Assembly: GCA_001724265.1 (NCBI GenBank) | Contig: MEDY01000160.1 | Coordinates: forward strand, 1 to 59,521 | Origin: Rhizaria sp. SCN 62-66 | Taxonomy: Eukaryota | DNA length: 59,521 nucleotides | Direction: 5' to 3' | Part shown: one piece after another, positions 1-11,600 of the stretch | How the letters are laid out: every line of letters starts with the position of its first letter | How positions within the stretch are numbered: the stretch's first letter is position 1 | Program-made: the position numbers and the translations under genes | The notes under the pieces: generated by a model | Databases searched by the model: none | Seen by the model: only the letters and a program-made list of their open reading frames with translations | What the model was told of the DNA's origin: nothing

Positions 1-397
1 TGTTTTCACAGAAAAGAGAAGTCTGTGTTCACAGGAAACGCCACCTTTATATACCCGCCCCGAAACGACCGTGGGTGGTGTTTGCCCCAGTGTGAGCCTA
101 TGAGAGTTGGTATTTTATGCAGAATGTCGGTTGTGACATTATTACATGTGATGAAAGTGCTGATGGATTGAATATCATGTATAGTTACGATCGCAAAAAA
201 AAATATGACAACGATAGATGGAATGTAGTGAATTTCCAAGAAACAATGGTAAGAGTCTCGCTGTTTTTGCGAACGATCGTTTGAGTAACAAATACCCTAG
301 AAAAGTACATTGTGAACTTTAATATATATATGTGACTATCGACAACTTATTTGCCTCGAAATCGTCTCTTTCTTTTTGATGTTCCATCTCTGTAGAC

Positions 398-1217
398 ATG
401 TCTGACTCTGCCAACGCTTCGTTGTCTGCCTCTGCTCCCGTGACCGACTACTCAGCTGTTGCGATGTACCGTGAGCAGCTGGCCATCGTTCGCGCCGAGT
501 TAAGCAAGCTTGAAGATTATCGTGACAATGAGGAAGGTGAGAGCCCAAAGTCGAAGCGCCTCGACACTCGGATCAAGAAGAAAGAGAATGAGAAGGCTAC
601 GCTTGAGGCCAAGCTCGAAGCTGCGATCGACAAAGCTGCGATCAACAAGGCCGAGTAGCGGCATTTGCCCCCATCAGGTTCGTGTTTCATTTGTTGTGTT
701 GCTTGGCATTGGCATATTCATTATTCAACTGCTTTATGCCCCGCTTCTCCTCACAATTTCGCCCCCAATGTTTGCTTTCACAGAGTCGTGGAAGCGCTTC
801 TACTCCGAGACCACGAGCCCGACGACCCACCCTACCACCTCAACCTACTACAAGACCGACGCCGCGCCCGTCCATGTTCGCGCTTTCTTCACTCACGTGG
901 CTGCGTGGTTTGCTAAAAACAAAGATGTTCAACCGCTGAAAGAAGGCTACGAAGTGACGATGGGGGCCGTCCTTAGCCGCTCCTTCGAAGACGGCATTCA
1001 CGAGGTGTTCACGGATGAAGAGTGGGAGCACCTCACGCGCCTTAACGAGTGGGCCAACACCCAAAACCACAAGATCTACCTGCCTCGCGAGGCTGACGGC
1101 TCGATCACGATGATCAACCCCTTAGCTGTGTTCGATGCAAAGGCTATGAAGTCGATCGCTGTCAAGACGAACCTTGTTGCGAGCGTGGATCAGCTACTAT
1201 GCGCTCGTTTTTGTTGA
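398..1217 (+). CDS. Hypothetical protein (N-terminal coiled coil plus globular C-terminal region); model join(398..677,784..1217) with in-frame TAG at 656-658
   Basis: 398-655 has coding-like codon use (AAG/GAG/GCT/CGC). After the TAG the frame reads CGG CAT TTG CCC CCA TCA G|GTTCGT...TTTCACAG|AG TCG TGG AAG. Removing 678..783 joins it in frame to the ORF ending at TGA 1217 (...ESWKRFYSE...LLCARFC). No family recognised; could be a pseudogene. Confidence 0.55.
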
Positions 1218-2368
1218 TCCCTCCTGAAAAAGACTCGCGTTTATTTCTCGTAGTTCATCTCACAGTATTCAGATTTTATAATGTTTGAGCTATATGTAAA
1301 GGTTCGATTCTCTTATCTGTCTACAATCATTATCTTGTAACAATCATGTACGCAGCGCCCTGACCATCTACAGCGCCCTCTAACGGGTTTGATTGGTTGT
1401 CCATAGCTTTTTACATCCAAATATGAACGATTTTGTGCGGTCGCAGTCTCTTTTAAGTCACGGTAACAGTTAAGGCGAGACATGCAATGAAAGAGACAAA
1501 AAGTGCGTTGTATTTCAGAGGTGCAGCTTTAGCACCAGTGCTGTCGACATGTTGCTTTGTTTTCGCTAACACCTGATACAGCTGTAATAGAAAGACAGAC
1601 TACAAGTGTGGTGAAAATAAATGTGCATCTACATGTGTTCGCCTTAAAAGACGACATACGTACGATGAATTAAGTGAGAAAGAGAACTAAGGTAACTGAT
1701 GATCCATATCAAAAACGATTGAAAGTGTGACATAAAATAGCATGACAACACGAAAAAGTTTGATACAGAAACACATGAGCTGAAAACAATAACAATCAAA
1801 ATCAAGGCAAAAGAGAAAGACAGGGAGCCAGAAATACAGGAACTCTTGAAAAGATGACGAAAACTTATATGAAAACAAAAAGAGAAGATGAAGCATCACG
1901 GTCAACACAGAAGGCGTGTTGGAATAACATTGTTACCGTAGTTGCTCGTTGGTGTGAAGAGAGACACGAAGCAGCACAGTACACGCGCAGCGCAACAAAA
2001 CGCACAGCACAGTAAGAGCACAGCAAAGCAAATGACAGCATCGCATCGCAAAGAGCAAAGAGCAAAGTGTGTGGAAACAATGCACATCGGCAGCAGATCG
2101 CACAGTATTGCAAAGCACAGCATTGCGAAGCAGAGCTAGCGAGCAGCCAGAAACAAAACCACGAACGGAACAGCAAAGCATGGGAATCGGGAGATTTAAA
2201 CATAAAGCTACAAAGAATGAAATCTACACCATTACAATTACGTATTGATATTCGGATCGACAAATGCGACAAAACTGACAAGACATGGAGGAAGATCGCA
2301 CAAGTTCAAAACATTGTGCTTGAACAGAGAAGGATGAAACATATGAACTGAAATATATACACTAGTCG

Positions 2369-2407
2369 ATATAGAGGGATATAGAGGGATATAGACGTAT
2401 AGAGGGA
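2369..2407 (+). repeat. Short imperfect tandem repeat (ATATAGAGGG)n
   Basis: atatagaggg-atatagaggg-atatagacgt-atagaggg in intergenic DNA. Confidence 0.7.
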
Positions 2408-2643
2408 GAAACAAAGAGACAGTCTAGGATAACACATAGAAACACAAAACGGCAGCAATGGCAAAAGTGACTGTGGAAACTTACAAAGCGATCTAACTCA
2501 ATCAAGTTTGACAACTTCGTATAGAGTGGCTTAACGGAGAGATGAGTGACTCAAACGGTGAAAACACAACGCTTAAGAGCCAAATAACTCGTGGGAGCGA
2601 AGACTACAGTCAAATGTCGCATTACGCGTGCCTCAGAACATAC

Positions 2644-2670
2644 ACATAAACATAAACATAAACATAAACA
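2644..2670 (+). repeat. (ACATAA)n microsatellite downstream of the Nudix gene
   Basis: About 4 copies of acataa; produces the spurious HKHKHK in ORF 2591..3214. Confidence 0.75.
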
Positions 2671-2857
2671 CACGAGCATAAAGCATACAGGAACAGGAAG
2701 GAATACAGTCGAATCAATTTTGTTGTTGTTGTTGCTGTTGCGAAATGGTGGAATTATTTTAAACATACTATCAATCAAATCAAAGAACCAAATGAAAATA
2801 AAAGCAGCAATAGGTAGAGCGCATGCAATGTTAAAGCCAAGTACAAGTACAACGGAG

Positions 2858-4763
2858 TTACTTGCCAGTGCCTGCCTTCCCCTTAGCGCCGCCCTTGCTG
2901 CCCCCACTCGCACTTACACCGCCGTGCCCACTGCCACTACTTACACTGGCGTGTCCCTGGCTGCTGACGGGTGTGCCGACCCTCTTGCGCCGCTCCTCCT
3001 TCCGCTCCGCCTCGGCCACGGCTGGCGCCCCCGCGGCGCGCATGACGGCCCACACCTGCGCCTTAAGCGCCCGCGCCGCGTCGGCCGGCGCGTGCGGCGT
3101 CGGCACCCACCGCTGCGGTGCCGCCAGCTGCGCCCAAGCAGCGGGGTGTTGTTCCGCGAAGGCGTAGATCCTGTGGGGGGAAGCAACAAGGGAGCAACGA
3201 AGAACACGAAATGAGCGATATAGAGCGAATATGATATTTTTTCAAGAGTATACAGAAGAAAAAACAATTAACGTTCATTAATAAGCGATATATCCTAAAA
3301 TTAGTTGATATTAATAACAGTATGTCCCAAAAATATGTATCTCTTCTCTTTGTTTCGCCGTACCATGGGTGCACCTCGAAGCGGCCGCCGGTGGCTGCAA
3401 CGAGCGGAAAGAGGGCCGCCACAGGGAACCACCCGTACGCGGCGTGCTCCTCCGAGAGCGGGGGGCGCAGCGCCGTCTTGGTGGCCTCGGCGACCTTGCA
3501 GACGTAGACGGTGTACCGCTTGCACCCGTCGCCGCGGTAGACGTTGTGCGCCGTGATGAGCTGCAGCGGCGTCGGCAGGCAGCCCAGCTCCTCGGCGGCC
3601 TCGCGGATGGCCGCGGCCCAGGTGCCCGAGCCCAGCCCAAAGCCGTGGTGCAGGCTAGGCGGCGTGCCGCGGTCGTAGAGGGGCACTTGGGAGGACTGGG
3701 ACAGCAGCGCATTCGCAGTCGCCGTCGCGGTCGCAGTGGGGGCGGCGGCAGTGGTGGTTGAGTCGGAGGCAGTGCTGGCGGTTGAGTTGGCTTGTTGTGA
3801 CTGAAGTTGCTGGTGTCGTTGTTGCTGGCGCTGTTGGAGGTTAGAGTGGAAGTGGCGGCGGTACTGCTCGTCCACGGAGATGTCCTCTGGGTCGACTTGT
3901 CCTCCTGGACAAAAGCGGAAGCAAAGGCGGAAGCGAATGAAGCGTGAGAAACGCTAAACACAAGGTATGACAAATTATATATTCTCTCATTGAAATGAAA
4001 ACAAATAATACACGTAGTCAATATCCAAATAAATATTATGTTGCAATTTTGTGCAATAATATCATATTAGGCGTGTTTAAAGCTCTGTTTCGTGCGCAAG
4101 ATATTCGAGGAACGTACCGGGAAAGTCCCAGCACAGATCGTTGTAGCGCGAATTGCGCTGCAGTAGCAGGACCTCGCCGCCCGAGTAGAGCAGCACGCCC
4201 GCGCACAGCTTGTCGAACAGGTGCGCCAGCGCGAAAGGGTCGTCTCCGAGCAGCGCGGCCGCGGAGGCAGAGGCGGCGGCGGCAGTGGCAGAGCCGGAGC
4301 TGGAGCTGGGGCGACTGATACTGCGACCGTTACCCACTACCGCGGCGGCCTGGTGGAGCTGCGCAGTCGAGGAGGACCGGGAGACGCGGCCCGCGCCGGC
4401 CAGCCCGCCGCCGCTGAGGCTGCGGCTGTAGTGTGACCCGGGGTAGGCGCTGCTGCTGTTGCTGTTGTTGTTGCTGTAGCTGTCGCTGCTGGCGTGGCTG
4501 GCAGCGCTCTCTGCGCTAGGGCTCCGCATGCTCTTGAGCGGGACGGCAGCAGCGCCCGCGGCGGCGGCGGAGGCGGGGGAGTTGGGGTTGCAGTCGCTGC
4601 CGCTGCTCAACCCGCTGCTGCTGCCGTTGTTGTTGCATTTAGGGTGGTGGGTGTAGCCTGCGCTGGGGTGGCGGCGCGGGCCGCGGGGTTTGCGGTCCAT
4701 GCTATCGTCCTGCGCGCAGTCGCAGCCGCAGGCCTGGCGGAACCATCTCAGCAGGGCGGACAT
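2858..4763 (-). CDS. Nudix hydrolase-domain protein, complement(join(2858..3170,3364..3904,4118..4763)), about 499 aa
   Basis: Spliced protein reads CAGVLLYSGGEVLLLQRNSRYNDLCWDFPG|GQVDPED...AAAIREAAEELG...YTVYVC...LSEEHAAYGWF...HPW|IYAF, matching the Nudix beta-strand, Nudix box and 'EH..xxW' elements. Both introns are GT-AG with matching phases. Stop TAA. Confidence 0.85.
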
Positions 4764-5649
4764 AGCGGGGCGGCGGCGCAGGGGCGCGGGGTGCGGGGGG
4801 AGCGCGGGGGGAACCGACGGGGCTTGGGAGGGGTGGGGCGATCGCAGAAGACGAAGGTCGCGATCTTGGTCGACTGATGAAGCGCGATAAAGTAAGTTAT
4901 CAAAGTGAGAACAAGTAATGTGAAATTAAACGAGTTTTTGATACTAATATTGATTATATGTCATCAGCGACGGTCGAATGAAAGAGAAATCGATGCAAGA
5001 AATCGTCGGATCCCGCGTTCCCCGTTCGGACCTGCTGGAAGTCGTTGCGGCGAATTGTCATGAAGCACAGCACTGGCGTCAAGCTGACGTCAATTGGTTG
5101 CATTTCACTGCATTTAACCCGCATAGTTGCAAGCAACTAGAAATATTCAAGTGTAGTAATATGTATCGTGGAAGTTTCAATTTAAATGGCTACAAATAAT
5201 ACAGAAATATAGAGAAAAAAATCACATGTCTAAACCTTGCTTGAAATTAGGTAGACTCTCGCACAAGCACATCTTACCGCCAATCTTGAGAGAGTGCACT
5301 GAGTGGCCACAAAGGCCAAATCTAACTTTGAAATAGAAAACATCGCGCCGTAAAGCAGGATATATGCTAGCTTCAAGGCGATATAAAGCAGCACTCGCAA
5401 GATCTATCCCGTTCAAGTCTGTAACAAAGCTGCAACAACGAGTATCTTAGGGCGTCCTAAGACACGACAAAAAGCTCTGCATAAACGCAACGTAAAAGCT
5501 GAAATAATGCGTTACAATTGAAACACATCAAGTCATCTCTGTGAAATGCTTAACAGACGTGCTACCGCAATAATCTCTTTGAAACGAAGACACAAGCAAC
5601 AACAACAACAACAACAACAAATCCAATCTTGTTCCGTCGAGTTACTTAA

Positions 5650-8600
5650 TCACTCGCGGGAGCAAGCATCGCTGTCGCTGCCACTGGCACCGAGACGACG
5701 GCCGTGGCCGTGACCGAGGCCGTGCTTGTGGTCATAACGGCGCCACAGGCACCCGCGGCGGCAGCAGCAGCAGCAGCAGCAGTAGAAGCCGACGCAGCGG
5801 CAGCAGCGGAGCAGGAGCTCGACGGCGGCGGCCAGCAGCATCACAGCGGCGAGCGCGAGCGCGAGCAGGCCCGCGGCGGCGCGCACGGTGCGGCCGCTCA
5901 CGGTCACTGCCGCGGTACGCGTGGTGCCCACGGTCACTTCACCCACGGTCGCTTGGTTAACGTTGCTGCCGCTGGTTTCGCTCGTCGTAAGGCTCGGAGT
6001 CGTAAGGCTCGGAGTCGTAAGGCTCGGAGTCGCATCAGTGCTTGCAATGACAGCATCGTTCGCAAACTCCGTAACAGCAGCAGCAGTCTCAGCAATAGTC
6101 GCAGTCTCAACAGCAGAGGTCTCGGTCTTGGCCACAGTCACCGAACCAGTTGCAGTCACCTCGGCTACAATGCTTTGCTCCTGCTCCTGATGCTCCTGCT
6201 CCTGATGCTCCTGCTGCTGTTGATACTGCTCTTGCCCTTGCGTGTGCTGCTGCTCCTGAGGCTCCGGCTCCCCCTGCTCCTCCGCCTCCGCCCTGTACCG
6301 GGCCTCGGCCGCCCTCTGCACCGCGACCGTGGCGGCCGGCAACGCCCGCCTGGCCCTCTGCCGCGCCGCCAGGATCCCCTCCACGGTCGCGGCCTCGTTG
6401 CTGGTCCCGGCAGGCAGCTCCATCGGGCACGGCTTGGGAAAGTAGGACCGATAAAAGCCGCGCAGTACGGCGAAGACCTGCGGGTCGGGGACGCCGCGAA
6501 CGTCGTCGTTGATGCAGATGAACTTGGGCATCTTGGCCCTGATCCCGTCAAGGCGGACCTGGGCGTCGGCTGCGTTGTTGGGCATCATGTAGAACTCGAT
6601 CTCCGTCTCGGGCATCACCTCGTGCGCCCACCGCCGCCGGGCCTGCGCGGCGTAGGTGCGGACGAGCTGTTGCTGGAAGAAAGGGTGCGCGCGCAGGGTC
6701 TGCAACGTCACAGCAGCGGCGCTCGAGTCGACAACGGCGACAGTATTGCTGGAGTCAACGGCAGAAGAGTCTGAAACAGTGCCGTTACTCTGCTGTTGCT
6801 GTTGCTGTTGCTGTTGCTTGAGAGCGAGAGTGAGAGTGGCGTTTGCAAGAGCGGTGGTAAAAGGCGCGATATTGGTCTCGTTGACTCGCTGGCCGCCGTT
6901 GAGCGTCTGGAACATATACGCCACTTCGTCGTCGTCGAGCCGCCCGTCCCCGTCGAGGTCGACCTCGGCGAAGAGCGCCCGCAGCGACGCCGGCCGCGGC
7001 GCGTGCACCACATAGTAGTAGTACGAGAACGAGAACTGCATGTCGTGCGGGTGGCGGAAGCGGTGCGCGGCGGTGTCGGCAAACTGCTGCGGCCAGGCGG
7101 CATGGAGCTCCCGCAGCACGCGCGCGTCGACGAAGTGCGGCATGTGGGCCGGGACGAGGCGTGCGGCGCGGCCGAAGGCGGCCGTGTACAGCCGGTTGAC
7201 AAACTTGAGCGACTCGCCGAAGGTGTCCACGGCTAGGGGCGCGCGGGCGCCGGGGGACGGGGACGCGGCGCCGGGGGCGGTGACGTCGGCATTGACATCG
7301 CGAGGAGTAATAAGCTCCTCGTCACGGGTGGCCGAGAGCAAGTCGTCATCGCCGGGAGTATGAGTATGACCGTGACGTTGACCGTGACCGTGACCAGTGT
7401 GGCTGCGGCGGCCGAGGCGGGTGTAGGGGTCGCGGTGGTAGTAGGCCTCATCGGCGCTCAGCGCGGCCTCGGCAGCCGAGTGGAGCCCGGCCAGCAGCGG
7501 CACCGTCCAGGGGGCCAGCAGGGGCGGCGCCACGTCACTGTCACTGCCGACATCAGCGCCCCCAATGCTCTCGATATCGCCATTGCCGTTGCTGTTGCTC
7601 TGAGGGGATAGGAGCTCACGGACGGTCTGGCGCAGCAGAGCGCGGCCCACAGCGGCGGCGTCGACGACGGCAGCGTCAGCAGCAGTCGCGGAGGGAGTTT
7701 GACCGGCGCGTTTACTGTCACCCTGTGGAGTTTGACCGGCGTTCTGTGCGGTTTGACTGGCGCCTTGCTGTGAAGTTTGACCGGCGGCGCGCAGAGCGGC
7801 GAGCGTCTGCAGCAGAGGCGTGTGGTCGGCCGTGGACACGGGCCTCAGGCCACGCGCACGCAGACATGACATGCCACTCGCTGTTGCAACACCACTGGCC
7901 TCAGACACAGTCGCAGTTGATTCACCCGTCATGTGACTGTTAACGTTGTTGTTCTCGTCATCGATATAAGGAGGTGCGAGCATGAGTAAGTGTCCGAAAT
8001 GCGTGGCGATCAGCTCACAGTCACTCAACTCTTCCGCCCGTGCGGCAGCACTGCCCGGCGGGTGGGTGGCGAGAAGCGACTTAACATCAAAGTCAAGCCG
8101 CATGCTCCCGGGTAGAGGAGCGCGGTAACCCGCGCGCGGGTGGCGAGCCTCGCGGGAGTGTGGCGACTTAACTTCGTGAGCAGTATGCGGCTTGACATTA
8201 ATCGGGATGGAGAGCGGCTGACGGGAGCCGCTAAGTGCCTGTGCAGCAGACTCTACTGAGTCAGAAGCAGCGTTGTCGAGGCTATAGTCGTCATCATCAT
8301 CGCCGTCAATGTCGTCGTCGTCGTCATCCAAATCGTCATCACTCTCATCGGCGGCGTCATCGCTGTGGTCGCTGCTATCCCTAACAGCACTACCACCACC
8401 ACCACCACCACCACCAGCAGCAGCGGCGGCATCACTCGTCGCAGTCTCAGTCTCACTGGCACTGGCAATACGATCAGCCGCAGCAGTCGCAGCGGAGGCA
8501 GCAGCCTCGCCCGGATAGCGCTGGCCGCGAGTGCGGCGCATCCGGCCCACACGGCGACTGCGGCGTCCGCGACCGCGTCCGCGGCTGCGACGGGGTTGAG

Positions 8601-11600
8601 TTTGAGCCTCAGTCTCAGTCCCAGCCTCAGTCTCAGTCTTAGACTGAGCAACAGCATCCAACTCCGTCGTCGCCTCAGACGCAACAACAGCAGACTCAGT
8701 GGTAGCCGTCTCGGCATCGCTCGCAATCGCATCAGGAGCAGGAGCAGCAGCAACAGCTGCAGCCTTGCTATTGCTCACGGCAGCGGCAGCCTTCGTCTGA
8801 CCCTTAGACGCGGACACCTTGCCCTTAGACTTCGGCACAGCAGCGCCCGCCTTGGCCTTCGCCTTGGCCTTCCCAGCCTTGCTCTTCCCACCCCTAGCCT
8901 TTTGCGCACCGGCACCGGCCTTGGCCTTGGCCGCCCTCTGCTTGGCCACAGGCCGGGGCTCCCAGTCGCCGCCCCGGGCGGCCAGCGCGGCCGCCGCCGC
9001 CCGCGCCCCCGCGCCCGCCGCGGGGCCCATCGCCGCCCACACAGCCTCGTTGGCCAGCAGCGCGGCGTAATCGGCCGCCGTCGCGGTGCCGAAGCCGCGC
9101 GGGAGACGCAGCTCCGCAGCAGTCATAGCAGAGGCAGTCGCAGCGGCCTTCGCAGCAACGCCGGTGGTCGTCGTCATCTTCGGCGTGAGAGGTGACTGTG
9201 AGCTAGCGCCAGCGCCAGTGTGGGTGTCAACGCTGGCGGTGACGTCGGGAGCGGTGGCGGCGAGGGCGGCGGCGGCGTCAGCGATGGCGGCGGCCTCGAC
9301 AGCGGCAGCAGCGGCCGCCGCGAGGGCCTCCGCCATCGGATCCTGCTTACTCACAGTCGCAGAGACACTACTTACACTGTCGCCAGCAGATGGGGTATTT
9401 ACGCTAGGGCTGCGCTGAATGGCGCCAAACCGACGCTCCTTGCGCGCGCCCTTCCCCTTCTTCGGCGGCGGCGGCGGTGGTGGCTGCGGTGGGAACAGGG
9501 GCGCGTAAAAGAGCTCCCTGTACTGCTCCGGGTCCGTCCACGGCTTGTCGCCCTGTGCCAGCGCACGCTTGAGCCGCGCCACGGACCCCGGCGGCGAGAG
9601 GGGCAGCCGGCCCCGCGCCCGCTCGAGGAACACCAGCGCCATGTTGCCGCTGCCCACGGTCTCGGGGAACCCCGCAGCGCGGTTGGCGGCCGCCACAGCC
9701 TCGGGGGACATGCCGGCGCTGGCCTCGAGCAGGCCAATCGCCGTGTCGCTGGCGCGGGCGGCCGTGGCGGCGGCCGCGTCCGCGCGCTGCTGCTGCTGCT
9801 GCTGCGCCGTCAACGGCGGCGGCGGCGGCGGCATGCGCGGCGGCAGCGGGGGCCGGACGAGGATGACTGTGACGCGCACCGACACCTCCTCGTCCTCCTC
9901 GTCCTCCTCCCCGCCGTGCGCATCGCCGTGAGCAACCGAGCCGCCCTTGCCGCCGTCCCTTCGCGCCGGCGCCGACCGAGAGCCCTTGGGCGGCGCGGGC
10001 AGAACGCCGCGGATGGTGATCACGGCCTCGTGCTTTGGTGGCAGCGCAACGTCACCGCGCCCCGCCTCGATACTGCCCGCCTTAGCACCTTTAGCCTCGC
10101 CGCCGGGGCCGGCGCCGGCAGCGGCGTTTGCAGCGACGTCAGCGGCGGCGTCCTCGTCCGCGGCCGCCGCCGCCGCCGCCGCCGCCGCCTGCGTGAGCCG
10201 CTCGTCGTTGACGTCGGCGGCGAGCGCGAGGGTGAGCACGCGCGCGTTGTTGGCGACTGCGGCGGCACGGATGAGCCGCCGGTTATCGTGGCCGGCCTCG
10301 GTGACGCGGCCCGTGGCGGGGGAGACCAGCCCCGGGGCGCCGAAGACGGCCGCCAGGTCCAAAGCGACTGCGCGGGTGCCGGCTGGGACGGCGACGAGTA
10401 GGCAGGGCGCGGTCTCACGGTCACCGCCGCCCGAGCTATGACCGCTTGACTCAGCGCCGCCAGCGCGAGATTCTAGGCCTGCCTTACTGCGACCGTGGCC
10501 ATAAGCGTGGGTGTCGTCGTCGTCTTCGGCGGAGGCCGGGACGGGGCAGGCGAGCAGCTGGGGCGGGGCCGACAGGGGTAACCACGGCAGCGGCAGCACT
10601 GCAGAGTCAGCCTCAGACTGCGACTCCGGCTGTGAATCTGACTGGAGCTCTGCCGGCTCTGGCTCGGGCGCGGGCTCGGGCTCGGCGCCGGCGCGAATGG
10701 CGTGGCCGGTCAGGGCCAGCCTGAACCCTGCCACCTTCTCCCCCGTCCTCGCAGCAGCCGCGTTGGCCGCGCCGCCACTGCCCTTGACTGTCTGCCGTCG
10801 GACCATCGCCGGCACGAGGACCGTGAGCAGCGGCCCCCCCGCCGCGCCGGCACCGGCGGCGGCGGAGAGCGCGGCGGGGGGCGCGGGCGCGGCGGCGGCG
10901 GCGGGCACGGGGACGACGGGGAGCAGCGCGGTGCGCTCATGGCCGCAGTCACCCAGATCATACCCGCACTCGGGCACGTTGCAGGGTCCGTCGCAAGATC
11001 CGTCGCCGAGCCAGACGTACGGGCACCCGGGGCTGCAGTAGCGGCCCTGCAGCGCCGCAGCCATCGACGCGCCTCCCGCGGCCGTGCCGAAGCTAAAGCC
11101 GGCCCCCGGGGACGCCGCCGCCGAGCCGGAGCCGGAGCCAGAGCCGGTGGCCGAGGAGCCTTCTTGGCCCTTGCAATCGCCGAAGTCGAAGCTGCAGTCC
11201 GCGTTGTTGCAGGCGGCGTCGCAGTAGCCGTCGCCAAGCCAGGACTCGGTGCAGCCGGGCGCGCACTTGGGCACGGCCCAGGACAGGTATACCTTCTGCC
11301 CGCCATGGGGAGTCCAGAAGTCTCCGGGCAGGACGGCGTTGCCCAGCATCACGTCGTCGTTGAAGTACAGGAAGCGGTCCGCGAGCCCGGGGATGCGGTG
11401 CAGCTGCGACTCGATCGCCGGCGACGCGAACACGGGCAGGTGCGACCGGTTCGCAAAAATGTCTTGGTGGCGCACCAGCGCAATGCGCGGGTGGTCGAGG
11501 TCGAGCCAGGAAGGCACCTGCCCGTTGGTCACGAGCCAGACGCGGCGGACCCACGGCGCGTACCGGAAAAGGGACCGCAGCGAGTAGCGCAGCTCGTCGC

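Noticed and set aside
510-767. 5' part of ORF 510..1217
   Set aside because: Alternate-frame reading of ORF 398 plus probable intron sequence; the 398 frame has the coding-like codon use.
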